A DNA stretch of 28,882 bases from a virus (taxonomy: Duplodnaviria > Caudoviricetes). Location of the stretch: the IMG/VR virus record IMGVR_UViG_3300027622_000042, positions 1 through 28,882 of that record; one strand, 5' to 3'. Shown here in pieces: positions 16,734 through 25,752 of the stretch (the first letter of the stretch is position 1; every line of letters begins with the position of its first letter). The position numbers and the translations under genes are program-made. Under the pieces are notes generated by a model that was given only the letters and a program-made list of their open reading frames with translations, had not been told where the DNA came from and made no database searches.

Positions 16734-17461
16734 AAAAAAGATGCGAGTCCCTCCAGAACTCGTGTATCTTCCCATCCGCATATAGATGCTTTTTTTCCTT
16801 TACCGTTCTTTGATGTACATTTTAATTTAATATCATGTTTTAATTTCGGAACTGTATCAAAGAATTTTTGAATTTTCGAAAATGCAGTATCAGGTAAGGA
16901 TTCCAAGAAATCATTTATTTCTTGTTGTGTATGATCTTTGGATGAATATACATTTTCTTTATCCCAGATAGAATCAATACAGGAAGAAATAGTAGAAAAA
17001 ATATTTTCTATATCTGTACTTTCTTTACTAATAACTTTCTGTATTTCCATTGAAGGATATTTCATAATTACACCAACATCGTCTGATAATGGTATTTTAG
17101 GCTCGTGTCCTTCAGTTTTAGTTATTTCTATTTTTGATAAATCAACTTGTACTGCAATTTGTTTTTTACACTTACCACATTCATATGATAAATCAATAAC
17201 CTCACCTTTTGATTTAGACCTTAATTGTAAGAAGATATACTCAATGTCAAACATTGGCATAGTTTTTACATCAAGATCCTCATATACACAATTCCCAATA
17301 ATATCACGAATTGCGGTTGTCATTTGAATTTCATCTTCACTTTCCATAGCAATAAGGAGAATTTTTTCTTCTTTAACTAGGAAAGGTCTATAATTTACTT
17401 CTTTGTCCGTTGACGGTATTTTTAATTGATACTTAGGTACTGCAATTATTGGTAATGCCAT
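16727..17461 (-). CDS. gp26: baseplate hub assembly chaperone gp26
   Basis: MALP....P.Y.L..PS......YRPFLVKEEKILLIA, FDIEYIFLQLRSKSKGE, CxxC, MKYP, ends LEGLASFFA; start at 17461 from AGGAG spacing. Confidence 0.9.
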   Translation of the reverse strand: MALPIIAVPKYQLKIPSTDKEVNYRPFLVKEEKILLIAMESEDEIQMTTAIRDIIGNCVYEDLDVKTMPMFDIEYIFLQLRSKSKGEVIDLSYECGKCKKQIAVQVDLSKIEITKTEGHEPKIPLSDDVGVIMKYPSMEIQKVISKESTDIENIFSTISSCIDSIWDKENVYSSKDHTQQEINDFLESLPDTAFSKIQKFFDTVPKLKHDIKLKCTSKNGKGKKASICGWEDTRVLEGLASFFA

Positions 17462-17489
17462 TTCATTCACTCCTTATAGTAAAGTAATA

Positions 17490-18374
17490 TTATACTTGTA
17501 TCATTCCTCCTAAGTTTGATACCGGTAAAAAATCTCTTTTTTGTTTTAAAATAGAACCAACTTTTGGTAAACTTAAAGCATCAAATTTCCCTTGTAGTAG
17601 TGATCCAACTTCTGTAAAAGAACCAAACGCCTTTTTTGCATGAGAGATGCTATCATTAATAGAACCCATTAAGCCGGATTCTTTAGAGGGATCTTGGTTC
17701 ATATAATCTGTATATTGAACATCACGGAATGTTATATCCGTGGTCATTCTTTGAATAGTTCCAGCCGTTTCATATCCCAACGGCAATGCTGATAAAACTT
17801 TAGGATATGCATCAATTAATTTTACTTTCATCATAACTGATAAATCTTCTTCATCCGTGTCCTTTGTACCAGAGCATTGATATATCTCTATTGTACTTAC
17901 ATATTCCTTATAATAATTTACACGACCTTTTATCCACATCTGATCCATCCATGCATTAAAGAAATTATGTTCATGCATTTCCTCACTCATATAAAATGAC
18001 ATACTCATTGTATCGAATAATTTTTCATATACATATTCTCTTTTTAAACCATATACCTTATGTTCTTTTGTAGCCATAGTAAATCCGGGTATGGATATTG
18101 CACTACAATTTAATTGAACACCTTGGATTGGATGCTTTCCTATTAAATTTTTTGGCGGTATAATAAAAACATAATATAAATAAGGTCTTGAAAATAAACC
18201 AGCATTTTTAACATTTGCCATCATTCTAGTTATGCTATTCATTGGTGTAGAAGATGAACCACCAACCGCTGCTTGTTTTCTTGCTTTGCGAGGATCAACA
18301 CCAATAGGAATATTAGCGCCAATAGATATTCCGCCCGGTAATCTAACCCTTCCTGCTATATTTCCAAATGCCAT
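17490..18374 (-). CDS. tail tube-fold protein (gp54/gp19-like tail tube initiator)
   Basis: SRPYLY.V, C..ISIPG, F..W.D, YYKEY.STIEIYQ, L..AYP motifs; start MAFGN overlaps upstream stop (TAATG). Confidence 0.75.
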   Translation of the reverse strand: MAFGNIAGRVRLPGGISIGANIPIGVDPRKARKQAAVGGSSSTPMNSITRMMANVKNAGLFSRPYLYYVFIIPPKNLIGKHPIQGVQLNCSAISIPGFTMATKEHKVYGLKREYVYEKLFDTMSMSFYMSEEMHEHNFFNAWMDQMWIKGRVNYYKEYVSTIEIYQCSGTKDTDEEDLSVMMKVKLIDAYPKVLSALPLGYETAGTIQRMTTDITFRDVQYTDYMNQDPSKESGLMGSINDSISHAKKAFGSFTEVGSLLQGKFDALSLPKVGSILKQKRDFLPVSNLGGMIQV

Positions 18375-18862
18375 TATCCTGTCCTCATTTTCTTTATTGA
18401 TTCTCTCCAAACTCTTCCTGAGGCAACTTTGCCAAGAGTTGAAGTAACAAATTTTTCTACTTTAGGTTGTAATAAAGTTCTTTCCCAATCACCGCGTTCG
18501 ATTCTTATAATTTTTCCACCTCTTATATTTCCTATATCATAACGTTTATAACATACTTGTGCTGGTCTCCATTTTCTTTGAGTCCACATAAGTCTTTTAA
18601 AGTATCTAGCGAATGCGACTGGGGATTTAACCATATCTGGTTTAATTAATTTTAATTCTTCTATTAATGGTATTCTCATTTTTATTGGTAGATAATGGAA
18701 ATCAAGACCTTGTATCATCCTACCCTTTTTTCCTAATGAAAATACTAATGGAAATATATTAAACCATTTATTATCTTCTTCTGTGATATATTTAAAGAAA
18801 TAAAATTTAGCTGAATAGACTCGCGTTATTCTTGTTCCCTGTACCTTATTTATAGTTTCCAT
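18374..18862 (-). CDS. gp2: DNA end protector protein gp2-like
   Basis: FPLVF.....G.IQGLDFHYLP...R and C.KRY motifs; adjacent to gp4. Confidence 0.7.
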   Translation of the reverse strand: METINKVQGTRITRVYSAKFYFFKYITEEDNKWFNIFPLVFSLGKKGRMIQGLDFHYLPIKMRIPLIEELKLIKPDMVKSPVAFARYFKRLMWTQRKWRPAQVCYKRYDIGNIRGGKIIRIERGDWERTLLQPKVEKFVTSTLGKVASGRVWRESIKKMRTG

Positions 18863-18867
18863 GTATA

Positions 18868-18875
18868 TATTTATA
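18868..18875 (-). promoter_or_regulatory. T4-type late promoter TATAAATA
   Basis: TATTTATA on + strand immediately upstream of gp2 start. Confidence 0.55.
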
Positions 18876-19341
18876 AGGTTTTTCTTAATTTTTTAGTCTT
18901 GATTCCGAGGTCTTTTTCGGTTAAAATAATAAATTCCCATCCACGCTTATCTGCCCATTTCCTTGCGGCTTTAAATTTAGCTTGATTCATTACATAAACT
19001 TTAAGTTTCTTGATATATGCCTGTGTTTGTTTCTTAGGTTTTGGGGGTGGTTTACATTGAATCGCTGGTTTTACTTCAACTATATATTTCTTATATTCCC
19101 CTGTGGTTGTTTTTACTTTTACATAAAAATCGACAAAATATCGTCGATATTTTTTTTCTATAGGATTATAATATGGCAGAATAACGTTCTCTGAGCCCCA
19201 TTCAACTACATTAGGATGACGATCCAGATACTTCATATACTTTAATTCCCATGATGAACGGTATTCGCATTCCTGTAAATTGGCCACATACTTTTCTTTA
19301 TTCTGTATTACATAACGGCCTACTCTTGGATATTTTTTCAT
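18871..19341 (-). CDS. gp4: head completion nuclease gp4 (TnsA-like fold)
   Basis: YRSSWE..M.YLD.HPNV.EWGSE...PY, RYFVDF, IVEVKP, NQAKF.AA, F.ILTEKDL. Confidence 0.92.
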   Translation of the reverse strand: MKKYPRVGRYVIQNKEKYVANLQECEYRSSWELKYMKYLDRHPNVVEWGSENVILPYYNPIEKKYRRYFVDFYVKVKTTTGEYKKYIVEVKPAIQCKPPPKPKKQTQAYIKKLKVYVMNQAKFKAARKWADKRGWEFIILTEKDLGIKTKKLRKTL

Positions 19342-19349
19342 ATATGTCT

Positions 19350-19378
19350 TATAAATATAGTTATATAAAGTATTTATA
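19350..19378. promoter_or_regulatory. pair of oppositely oriented T4 late promoters
   Basis: TATAAATA on + at 19350-19357 and on - at 19371-19378, between divergent gp4 and gp48. Confidence 0.8.
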
Positions 19379-19390
19379 ACGGAGAAAGTA

Positions 19391-20644
19391 ATGGCACAAT
19401 TCGGATTCTTAAAAGAAACTGCGGGTTCATATGATCACGCAACAGATGCATTAGGAGGGCATAGTGAACCTGTATCAATAGCAAATACTGCGTCAACAAA
19501 ATCTTCAACTGGTTTAGGTATACCTACACATAGGTATCCTCTTTTTGTTGATAATGTAAGTGATACTAATAAGGGAATTGAAGTCGTTCAAGAATGTATT
19601 CATTTTACAGCTATTAAACAAGGTGGTATTTCTCTGCAAAAACAGAAAACAAATGAAGATTCCAAGAAGGCTATGGAAGATCAGTTAGAGAATGCATCTA
19701 GTAAATATACAAAGGAACAAGCAGCAAAAGATAAAGCGGCCAATGCAAGAATGGATTATGCTATTGCCTCGGATGATCAAAAGAAGATGATGGATGCTAA
19801 GCGTACTGCAGAGCCCTCAGAACCTGATCCAACTGTTGGAGAAATTTATGGTGGCGGTATGATGGATACATTAAAAAATTTTGGTAAGGGACAACTTAAA
19901 GCAATAAGAACTAAGGCAAAAAATCTTGAACATTGTTTTATCTATATGCCTAATTCCATACAATTTGCTGAAGGCGCACAATGGGGATCACAATCTCTTG
20001 GTGGAGTAGGGAATGCAATAAAGAGTGGATTGCGTGGTGAAGGTAATATAGATAGTATTATGAAAAATTTTACTGGAGGTGTTGTAACAGAGGCTGCAAA
20101 AGGTGCAGCGTTAGCAGGTGGTGCTGCTGCCGCTGGTGTGTTGGGTGCTTTAGGTACTGCAGCGATGTTTGATGGAATTGGAAGTGGTCTACGAGCAGCA
20201 GGAAGATTTACACAGAATCCTTATGAAGAACAATTATTTAATGGAGTAGGATTTAGAGAATTTACTTTTGAATTTCAGTTCGCACCTGCTAGTGCACCCG
20301 AAGGACAAGAAGTAGATAATATTATTAAAATGTTTAGAAAAAATTCACGACCTAGTTTTGTTGGAGGATTTCTCGGTGAGGGTCTTTATACATTTCCTAA
20401 TGAATTTGCTATAGATTTTAAAATGAATAAAGGCGGGTCTTTAGTAGAGAATACATTTTTACCAAGAATTCATAATTGTGTTTGTACTAATGTAACTACT
20501 AATTATTCACCAGAAGGATTTTGGGTAGCATTAAGAGATGGTCGACCTGTTTCTTATACTCTTGGTTTATCATTTACAGAAACAGTAAAAATTACTCAAA
20601 GCAATGAGACAGATGGTCATGGTGGTGTAGAGGAGGGATACTAA
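19391..20644 (+). CDS. gp48: baseplate tail tube cap gp48
   Basis: IYMPNSI, NPYEEQLFNGVGFREFTFEFQFAP, LPRI..CV.TNV..NY.P.G, DG.P....L.L.F.E. Confidence 0.85.
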   Translation: MAQFGFLKETAGSYDHATDALGGHSEPVSIANTASTKSSTGLGIPTHRYPLFVDNVSDTNKGIEVVQECIHFTAIKQGGISLQKQKTNEDSKKAMEDQLENASSKYTKEQAAKDKAANARMDYAIASDDQKKMMDAKRTAEPSEPDPTVGEIYGGGMMDTLKNFGKGQLKAIRTKAKNLEHCFIYMPNSIQFAEGAQWGSQSLGGVGNAIKSGLRGEGNIDSIMKNFTGGVVTEAAKGAALAGGAAAAGVLGALGTAAMFDGIGSGLRAAGRFTQNPYEEQLFNGVGFREFTFEFQFAPASAPEGQEVDNIIKMFRKNSRPSFVGGFLGEGLYTFPNEFAIDFKMNKGGSLVENTFLPRIHNCVCTNVTTNYSPEGFWVALRDGRPVSYTLGLSFTETVKITQSNETDGHGGVEEGY

Positions 20645-20645
20645 G

Positions 20646-21149
20646 ATGGCATATTTTAAATATTTTAATACGATTAATTATGATGTTCGTGGTAAAAAAA
20701 ATAAACCTCATATTAATGTAGTAACGAATATATTACAACGAATTCGTTTAAAATTAGAGTTTGTTAAGCATCAATCTTTTTTTGCACAACATACTATTGT
20801 TGATGGGGAAACACCAGAATATCTTGCTTATACATATTATGGTGATACAGAGTTACATTGGGTTATTTTATATGCACAACAAGCAACCAATCCATTTTAT
20901 GATTGGCCAATGGACTATTTTGATTTAAAGAAATTTGTTATTAAAAAATATGGAGCAGCAAATATTAATGATATTAATCATTATGAAGATACAGATGGTT
21001 ATTGGGTAGATTCAACCGCTCCGGGTGCTACTACTGTTACTAATTTTGTATATGAAGAAGAATTAAATGATGACAAAAGAAATATTAATATTATTCGTCC
21101 TGAATTTGCTCATGATATTGTAAAAGAATTACAACAATTATTAAAATAA
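20646..21149 (+). CDS. gp53: baseplate wedge subunit gp53
   Basis: YFKYF..I.Y, DGETPE.LA..YYGD..LHWVIL, DWP, YEEELND.KR.I. Confidence 0.9.
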   Translation: MAYFKYFNTINYDVRGKKNKPHINVVTNILQRIRLKLEFVKHQSFFAQHTIVDGETPEYLAYTYYGDTELHWVILYAQQATNPFYDWPMDYFDLKKFVIKKYGAANINDINHYEDTDGYWVDSTAPGATTVTNFVYEEELNDDKRNINIIRPEFAHDIVKELQQLLK

Positions 21150-21150
21150 T

Positions 21151-22539
21151 ATGCCTACTGAACAAGAATTTGCATCGGATTTAAGAGTTGATTTTTTAGA
21201 ACTCATATCAGCATCGGGACAGGTTATTGACTTAAGTCAAAACTTTGTCCTTATGAATATATATGAAGATTTATTTCGTGCTAATATGACTTGTGATTTG
21301 GTTCTTAATGATTCAATCAACATGCCTTATAAAATTCCGATATTAGGTGAGGAATATCTTAATTTTACTTTAACATCTAAATCAGTAGACGGTAGTGAGG
21401 AATATGCAGGTCCAATGTATATTACTTCTATATCTAAACGTACTGTTGTTAAAGAACGACAACAAATATATATGATTCATGGTACATCTGAGTGTGGTAT
21501 GGTTAACCAAAATATGCGTGTTAATCAAGCTTTTCGTGGTAAGAAAATTAGTGAAATAGTTGATACAATATTAGTTGACTATATTGATTATGGTGGAGTT
21601 GGAAATGAATTTGTAATTGAAGATACTGTTGGAATTGAAAATATTGTTATTCCAAATTGGAGACCGCATACAGCTATTCATTGGTTATGTAAGAGAGCAA
21701 TAAACAAGAATAAAGTACCAAATTATTTATTTTGGGAATCAAATGGTGTTTCATATTTTAAAAGTGTTGACGCTTTATTAGATACACCCGTTAAACATAA
21801 ATTTCTATTTTCACCTACTGGTTCAAAATCGCAAAAAGTAGAACAACTAGCACAGGGAAGAGCTTTATTAGATGATTTACAAATTTTAAAGCAATTTAAT
21901 ACGCTAACAAATATCACCAATGGTATGTATGCGTCTAAACTTATAACACATGATATTGTAAGAAAGACAATTAATCAGCAGACATATGGTTTACAAGAAG
22001 CCTATGATCCTCATGTTCATCATACTGATAAATATATGCCTATAAGTATGTCTGATACAGATTATGAAGTACCAGAGAGAAATACTTATGCTCCACAAGA
22101 TGATATTCAGGATGTTAATTCAGGTGATAGTTTGCAAACATATTTTGATAGCAGAGTAATATTTCATCCAAAACATAATCAGATGTATGCAAAGAATGTT
22201 AACGATTTTTATGATAATGGTGTTGAGCGGTGGAGATTAAAAAGAAATGCTTTAATACAATCATTAGATCAAATTAAATTAAAAATTGAATTTCCAGGCC
22301 TACCATTTTTACATGTTGGTGATACAATTGATTTACTTGTACCCTCGGGTGAGAGAGTAGTAGAACAAAAACCCGGTATGATTAAAAATCAAGATGATTT
22401 AATTGATAAATTTTTGTCAGGTGTTTATATAATTACTGCATTAAAACATACTTATGATTGGAACGCTGGTCGTCTTAAATATACAATGGTAGCAGAGGTT
22501 ACTAAAGACGCTTTAGCTAGTGCTCCCAGAAAAGTTTAG
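21151..22539 (+). CDS. baseplate hub / tail protein (gp27-like)
   Basis: IYEDLF, PILGEE, IPNWRP..AI.WL, YLFWE, SGVYIITALKH; lies between gp53 and gp5. Confidence 0.7.
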   Translation: MPTEQEFASDLRVDFLELISASGQVIDLSQNFVLMNIYEDLFRANMTCDLVLNDSINMPYKIPILGEEYLNFTLTSKSVDGSEEYAGPMYITSISKRTVVKERQQIYMIHGTSECGMVNQNMRVNQAFRGKKISEIVDTILVDYIDYGGVGNEFVIEDTVGIENIVIPNWRPHTAIHWLCKRAINKNKVPNYLFWESNGVSYFKSVDALLDTPVKHKFLFSPTGSKSQKVEQLAQGRALLDDLQILKQFNTLTNITNGMYASKLITHDIVRKTINQQTYGLQEAYDPHVHHTDKYMPISMSDTDYEVPERNTYAPQDDIQDVNSGDSLQTYFDSRVIFHPKHNQMYAKNVNDFYDNGVERWRLKRNALIQSLDQIKLKIEFPGLPFLHVGDTIDLLVPSGERVVEQKPGMIKNQDDLIDKFLSGVYIITALKHTYDWNAGRLKYTMVAEVTKDALASAPRKV

Positions 22540-22547
22540 GAGATACA

Positions 22548-24026
22548 ATGTACGGTGAATTTGTTTGGTGGCAAGGAGTAGTTGAAGATAGAGTAGATCC
22601 ATTGAAGTTGGGTCGTTGTCGTGTTCGTATTCTTGGTTATCATACTAATAATAAAGAAAGAATACCAACACAAGATTTACCTTGGGCTTATCCAAGTCAA
22701 CCAATAACATCTGCAGCTATGAATGGTGTTGGTACGACCCCAATGGGTCCCGTAGAAGGAACTTGGGTCTTTGGTTTTTTTCGTGATGGACCTAATGCGC
22801 AAGAACCAGTTATAACAGGAACATTTGGTGGTATACCAGAAGCTGAACCAAATCCAACATTAGGATTTAATGATCCTAAAGGCAAGTATCCACTTACTAC
22901 ACATATACTTGAACCTGATACAAATAGACTTGCACGAGGAAGTGGTGTATTACCTGTTCCTGATTCAGAAGGTAATGGGCCTTATAATGGTGAAAATTCT
23001 CCATCATTAATACAAAAGAGAAAGGCACGACAAAAAGATGTTCCTGTTGCTATTGCTGGATGGCTCTGGGACAATGACAAAGAGAAGGGTACTATTCCAG
23101 ATACAGACAATGAAAAATTATATGATGTTGCGCCATGGAATGAACCCAATCCTAGATATGGTGGTGTAGAAGATAACAGTACAACTTATTTGGAAAGTAC
23201 AAAGAGGTCTTCACAATATCCTTTGAACCATGTTCGAATGTCAGAATCTGGTCATGTAGAAGAATGGGATGATACACCAACGGCAGAAAGAATGCATAGG
23301 TATCATGTTAAAGGAACATTTGAAGAAATACAAGCAGACGGTACTAAGATTACAAAAATTGTTGGTAATGAATATGAGATTACTGCTGGATATAAAGATG
23401 TTTGGATAAAGGGATCTGTTAATATTACTATTGGAAGTAAGGGCGATGCAGATGTTAATAAATCTGATTGTCGTATTTTATACTATGGAGATTTGGTACA
23501 AGAGGTATACGGTGATTATCATTTAAATGTACATGGTGATATGCGCACAAAGATAAGTGGTAATGAAGCCCGTGAAGTCTTAGCTGATAGGAAAATTGTA
23601 ATCAATGGTGAAGATGATTTAAGTGTTCATAAAAATCAGATTATTAATATTGATGAGAACTTAACATATACTATTGGTGGTAATTTAAAAGAAACGGTTA
23701 AGAAGAATGTTGATGAATTTTATGGTACTGAAGTATCACTAGGTAATCATACAACCTCAGTATATGGTAGTTCTATGTTATCTAATGTAACGGGTAAATA
23801 TACTTTAACAGTTAAAGATGACATGAAGATTAGTACGACAGCTAATTATAATCTTAATGTAACTGGTAATACTGAAATAGAGGTTGAGGGTTATCAAGAC
23901 GAAATAATTCAAGGATATGATAATCATATAGTTAATGGTTATTATCAAATGTCTAATGCTTTGACACATCAAATATCATCTGGTGGTAATTATGCAGTAA
24001 CTGCACCAAGAATTGACTTGAACTAA
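22548..24026 (+). CDS. gp5: baseplate central spike gp5 (OB-fold plus beta-helix, no lysozyme domain)
   Basis: WWQGVVEDRVDPLKLGRCRVRILGYH, LPWA, YPLNHV..SESGHVEEWDDTP..ER...YH..GTFEEI..DG, V.G 8-mer repeats, ends RIDLN. Confidence 0.93.
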   Translation: MYGEFVWWQGVVEDRVDPLKLGRCRVRILGYHTNNKERIPTQDLPWAYPSQPITSAAMNGVGTTPMGPVEGTWVFGFFRDGPNAQEPVITGTFGGIPEAEPNPTLGFNDPKGKYPLTTHILEPDTNRLARGSGVLPVPDSEGNGPYNGENSPSLIQKRKARQKDVPVAIAGWLWDNDKEKGTIPDTDNEKLYDVAPWNEPNPRYGGVEDNSTTYLESTKRSSQYPLNHVRMSESGHVEEWDDTPTAERMHRYHVKGTFEEIQADGTKITKIVGNEYEITAGYKDVWIKGSVNITIGSKGDADVNKSDCRILYYGDLVQEVYGDYHLNVHGDMRTKISGNEAREVLADRKIVINGEDDLSVHKNQIINIDENLTYTIGGNLKETVKKNVDEFYGTEVSLGNHTTSVYGSSMLSNVTGKYTLTVKDDMKISTTANYNLNVTGNTEIEVEGYQDEIIQGYDNHIVNGYYQMSNALTHQISSGGNYAVTAPRIDLN

Positions 24027-24229
24027 TGGCACATAAATTTGAATTACTCATACATGGTGAATTAAAAATATTTACAGAATGGGAAGATATACCAGAAGAT
24101 TTTGATAATGTGATAAGCTTTTTACCAGATGTACCACATGAACATGTAGATCATAGTGGTGAACATAATATATGGAATGATCGTTTAAAAGAACTTATTG
24201 GGAGAGAACAAAATGCCCGCAGTGTGTAG
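24026..24229 (+). CDS. small conserved protein between gp5 and PAAR
   Basis: 67 aa, DIPEDFDNVISFLP motif, His-rich; TAATG overlap. Confidence 0.7.
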   Translation: MAHKFELLIHGELKIFTEWEDIPEDFDNVISFLPDVPHEHVDHSGEHNIWNDRLKELIGREQNARSV

Positions 24230-24509
24230 AGGCAATTCAGTTGATGCAGACGTGACTCATTGTAGTACACCTATGAGAAGTGCATTATCACCAGATGTGC
24301 ATGTAAATGGTACTGGTATTTCAAGAGAGGGAGATAATAATACGACACATTTGTTGCCAGGAGCTCCGTGTCCAAGTCATGCAGCGCCAATTGCATCTGG
24401 ATCGTCTACTGTTAAAATAAATAATAAGGGTTGTGGTAGAATTGGTGATGGTATTTCTGGTTGTACTAGTGTTGCGACAGGTTCATCTAATGTATTTGCA
24501 GGAGGTTAA
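24213..24509 (+). CDS. PAAR spike-tip protein (gp5.4-like)
   Basis: MPAVCRG..D..HC, S.DV.VNG....R.GD, H, GS.TV.IN....GR.GD, GSSNVFAG; start at 24213 from GGAG RBS. Confidence 0.9.
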   Translation: MPAVCRGNSVDADVTHCSTPMRSALSPDVHVNGTGISREGDNNTTHLLPGAPCPSHAAPIASGSSTVKINNKGCGRIGDGISGCTSVATGSSNVFAGG

Positions 24510-24512
24510 GTA

Positions 24513-25535
24513 ATGGCTGTATGTGGATTAAATATAAGTATGAACTCCTTTCAAGGAGAAGTTACTGCTCAGATATCTGGTTTTTTAAATTTAGAATCTT
24601 CTTTAACCGCGCCGAGCGGTGCTGCTGCTTACTTAAGTAATTTAGAGGGTGGTCTTGCTACACTTAAAGCAAAGGCAGATACACTTATACCAGATATACC
24701 ATTATCGACATCTGGGTTAACATCATTGAGAGATGAGTTAGGTTCATTATCTAGTATGTCATTAGGTTCAGCTGGTGCATTATCTAAGATGGCATCCATA
24801 GCACAAGAATATGCTGGTCTTACATCATTATCAGGTTTTGCTGATATAGATTTAACTGATTTATCTAAATCGGTATTTGGTTTTAGTGGTACATTTGATC
24901 CATGTTCCTTGACAAATAAGATACCAAATGTAATGAGGGATAATGTAACTGGTGCGTTACAAAAATTACCTACAATACAACCAGACATAGGACAAACATT
25001 CGCGGCCGCAAAAATTGTATTACCTGATCAAGAGGTTATAGATAATGTAGCCACAGCAGTAGCAGATAATCTAGATATAGTAAATACGTTAGATGTTGCA
25101 GATGTAGAGATGGCTTTAGAAACAAATATAGTTCCAGCAATTTCTGGTTTGGGAGATGGGATTAAAAGGTCTAATATTAATGAAAGAATAGTAGAGACTC
25201 AAGCTGAGGTTATAGAAGAATTAAAGACACATGAGAAAATTTTAGATGATATTGTACCTGAAATAGAAGAGAAGAGTGAGGAAGTTATTAAGAAGATAAA
25301 AGAGGGAAGTATGCTTGATACTACTACTCGATACTTCTATGCTGATCCTCAAAGACAACGAAAGATGATGAAGTCTAAAATGGCTAGAAAGGCAGCATTG
25401 AAAGAATTTAAAGCTAGTTCAGGATTAACAAAAGGTGCACTAATAAAGGGGTTTAATGCCAAGGTTAAAGCGGGAGAAGTCGACTATTATGGCAGAGATG
25501 TGTCAAGTTCTGGATGGGATTCCATGACGATCTAG
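24513..25535 (+). CDS. hypothetical protein, probably virion-associated
   Basis: 340 aa, GGAGG RBS, last gene before a new promoter. Confidence 0.7.
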   Translation: MAVCGLNISMNSFQGEVTAQISGFLNLESSLTAPSGAAAYLSNLEGGLATLKAKADTLIPDIPLSTSGLTSLRDELGSLSSMSLGSAGALSKMASIAQEYAGLTSLSGFADIDLTDLSKSVFGFSGTFDPCSLTNKIPNVMRDNVTGALQKLPTIQPDIGQTFAAAKIVLPDQEVIDNVATAVADNLDIVNTLDVADVEMALETNIVPAISGLGDGIKRSNINERIVETQAEVIEELKTHEKILDDIVPEIEEKSEEVIKKIKEGSMLDTTTRYFYADPQRQRKMMKSKMARKAALKEFKASSGLTKGALIKGFNAKVKAGEVDYYGRDVSSSGWDSMTI

Positions 25536-25538
25536 ATG

Positions 25539-25571
25539 TTCCTTGCTTTTTATTTCAATTTATAGTATAAT
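25539..25571 (+). promoter_or_regulatory. sigma70-type promoter
   Basis: TTCC-TTGCTT(25543-25548)-17 nt-TATAAT(25566-25571). Confidence 0.7.
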
Positions 25572-25596
25572 AATAAGTATAAATGGAGAATAGTAT

Positions 25597-25752
25597 ATGT
25601 ATCATCAAGACGAGGTATCTCAATTGCGGACACAGATAGCTATTTTAGAATCTCAACTAAATGTTAAAGAGGTTGCTCTTGGAAGTTTAAATCAGGAAGT
25701 TAAACGACTTACTGAATTAGTTGAATCTTTACTTAAAGGGAAAGAACAATGA
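25597..25752 (+). CDS. small coiled-coil protein (51 aa), not in ORF track
   Basis: GGAG RBS; MYHQDEVSQLRTQIAILESQLNVKEVALGSLNQEVKRLTELVESLLKGKEQ with heptad Leu; ATGA overlap with next gene. Confidence 0.65.
   Translation: MYHQDEVSQLRTQIAILESQLNVKEVALGSLNQEVKRLTELVESLLKGKEQ

Noticed and set aside
16734-16781. gp51 start at MRMGRYTSSGG (ORF track)
   Set aside because: Lies inside gp26, has no evident RBS, and the first 14 residues look unrelated to the family; frameshift entry is more parsimonious, though unproven
14779-17327. Plus-strand ORFs of 82-203 aa opposite the tape-measure-like and gp26 genes
   Set aside because: Antisense shadows of motif-bearing minus-strand genes; no RBS or family motifs
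18871-19341. Tn7 TnsA transposase
   Set aside because: Shared fold, but sequence and position next to gp2 and gp48/gp53 identify T4 gp4; no other transposon genes
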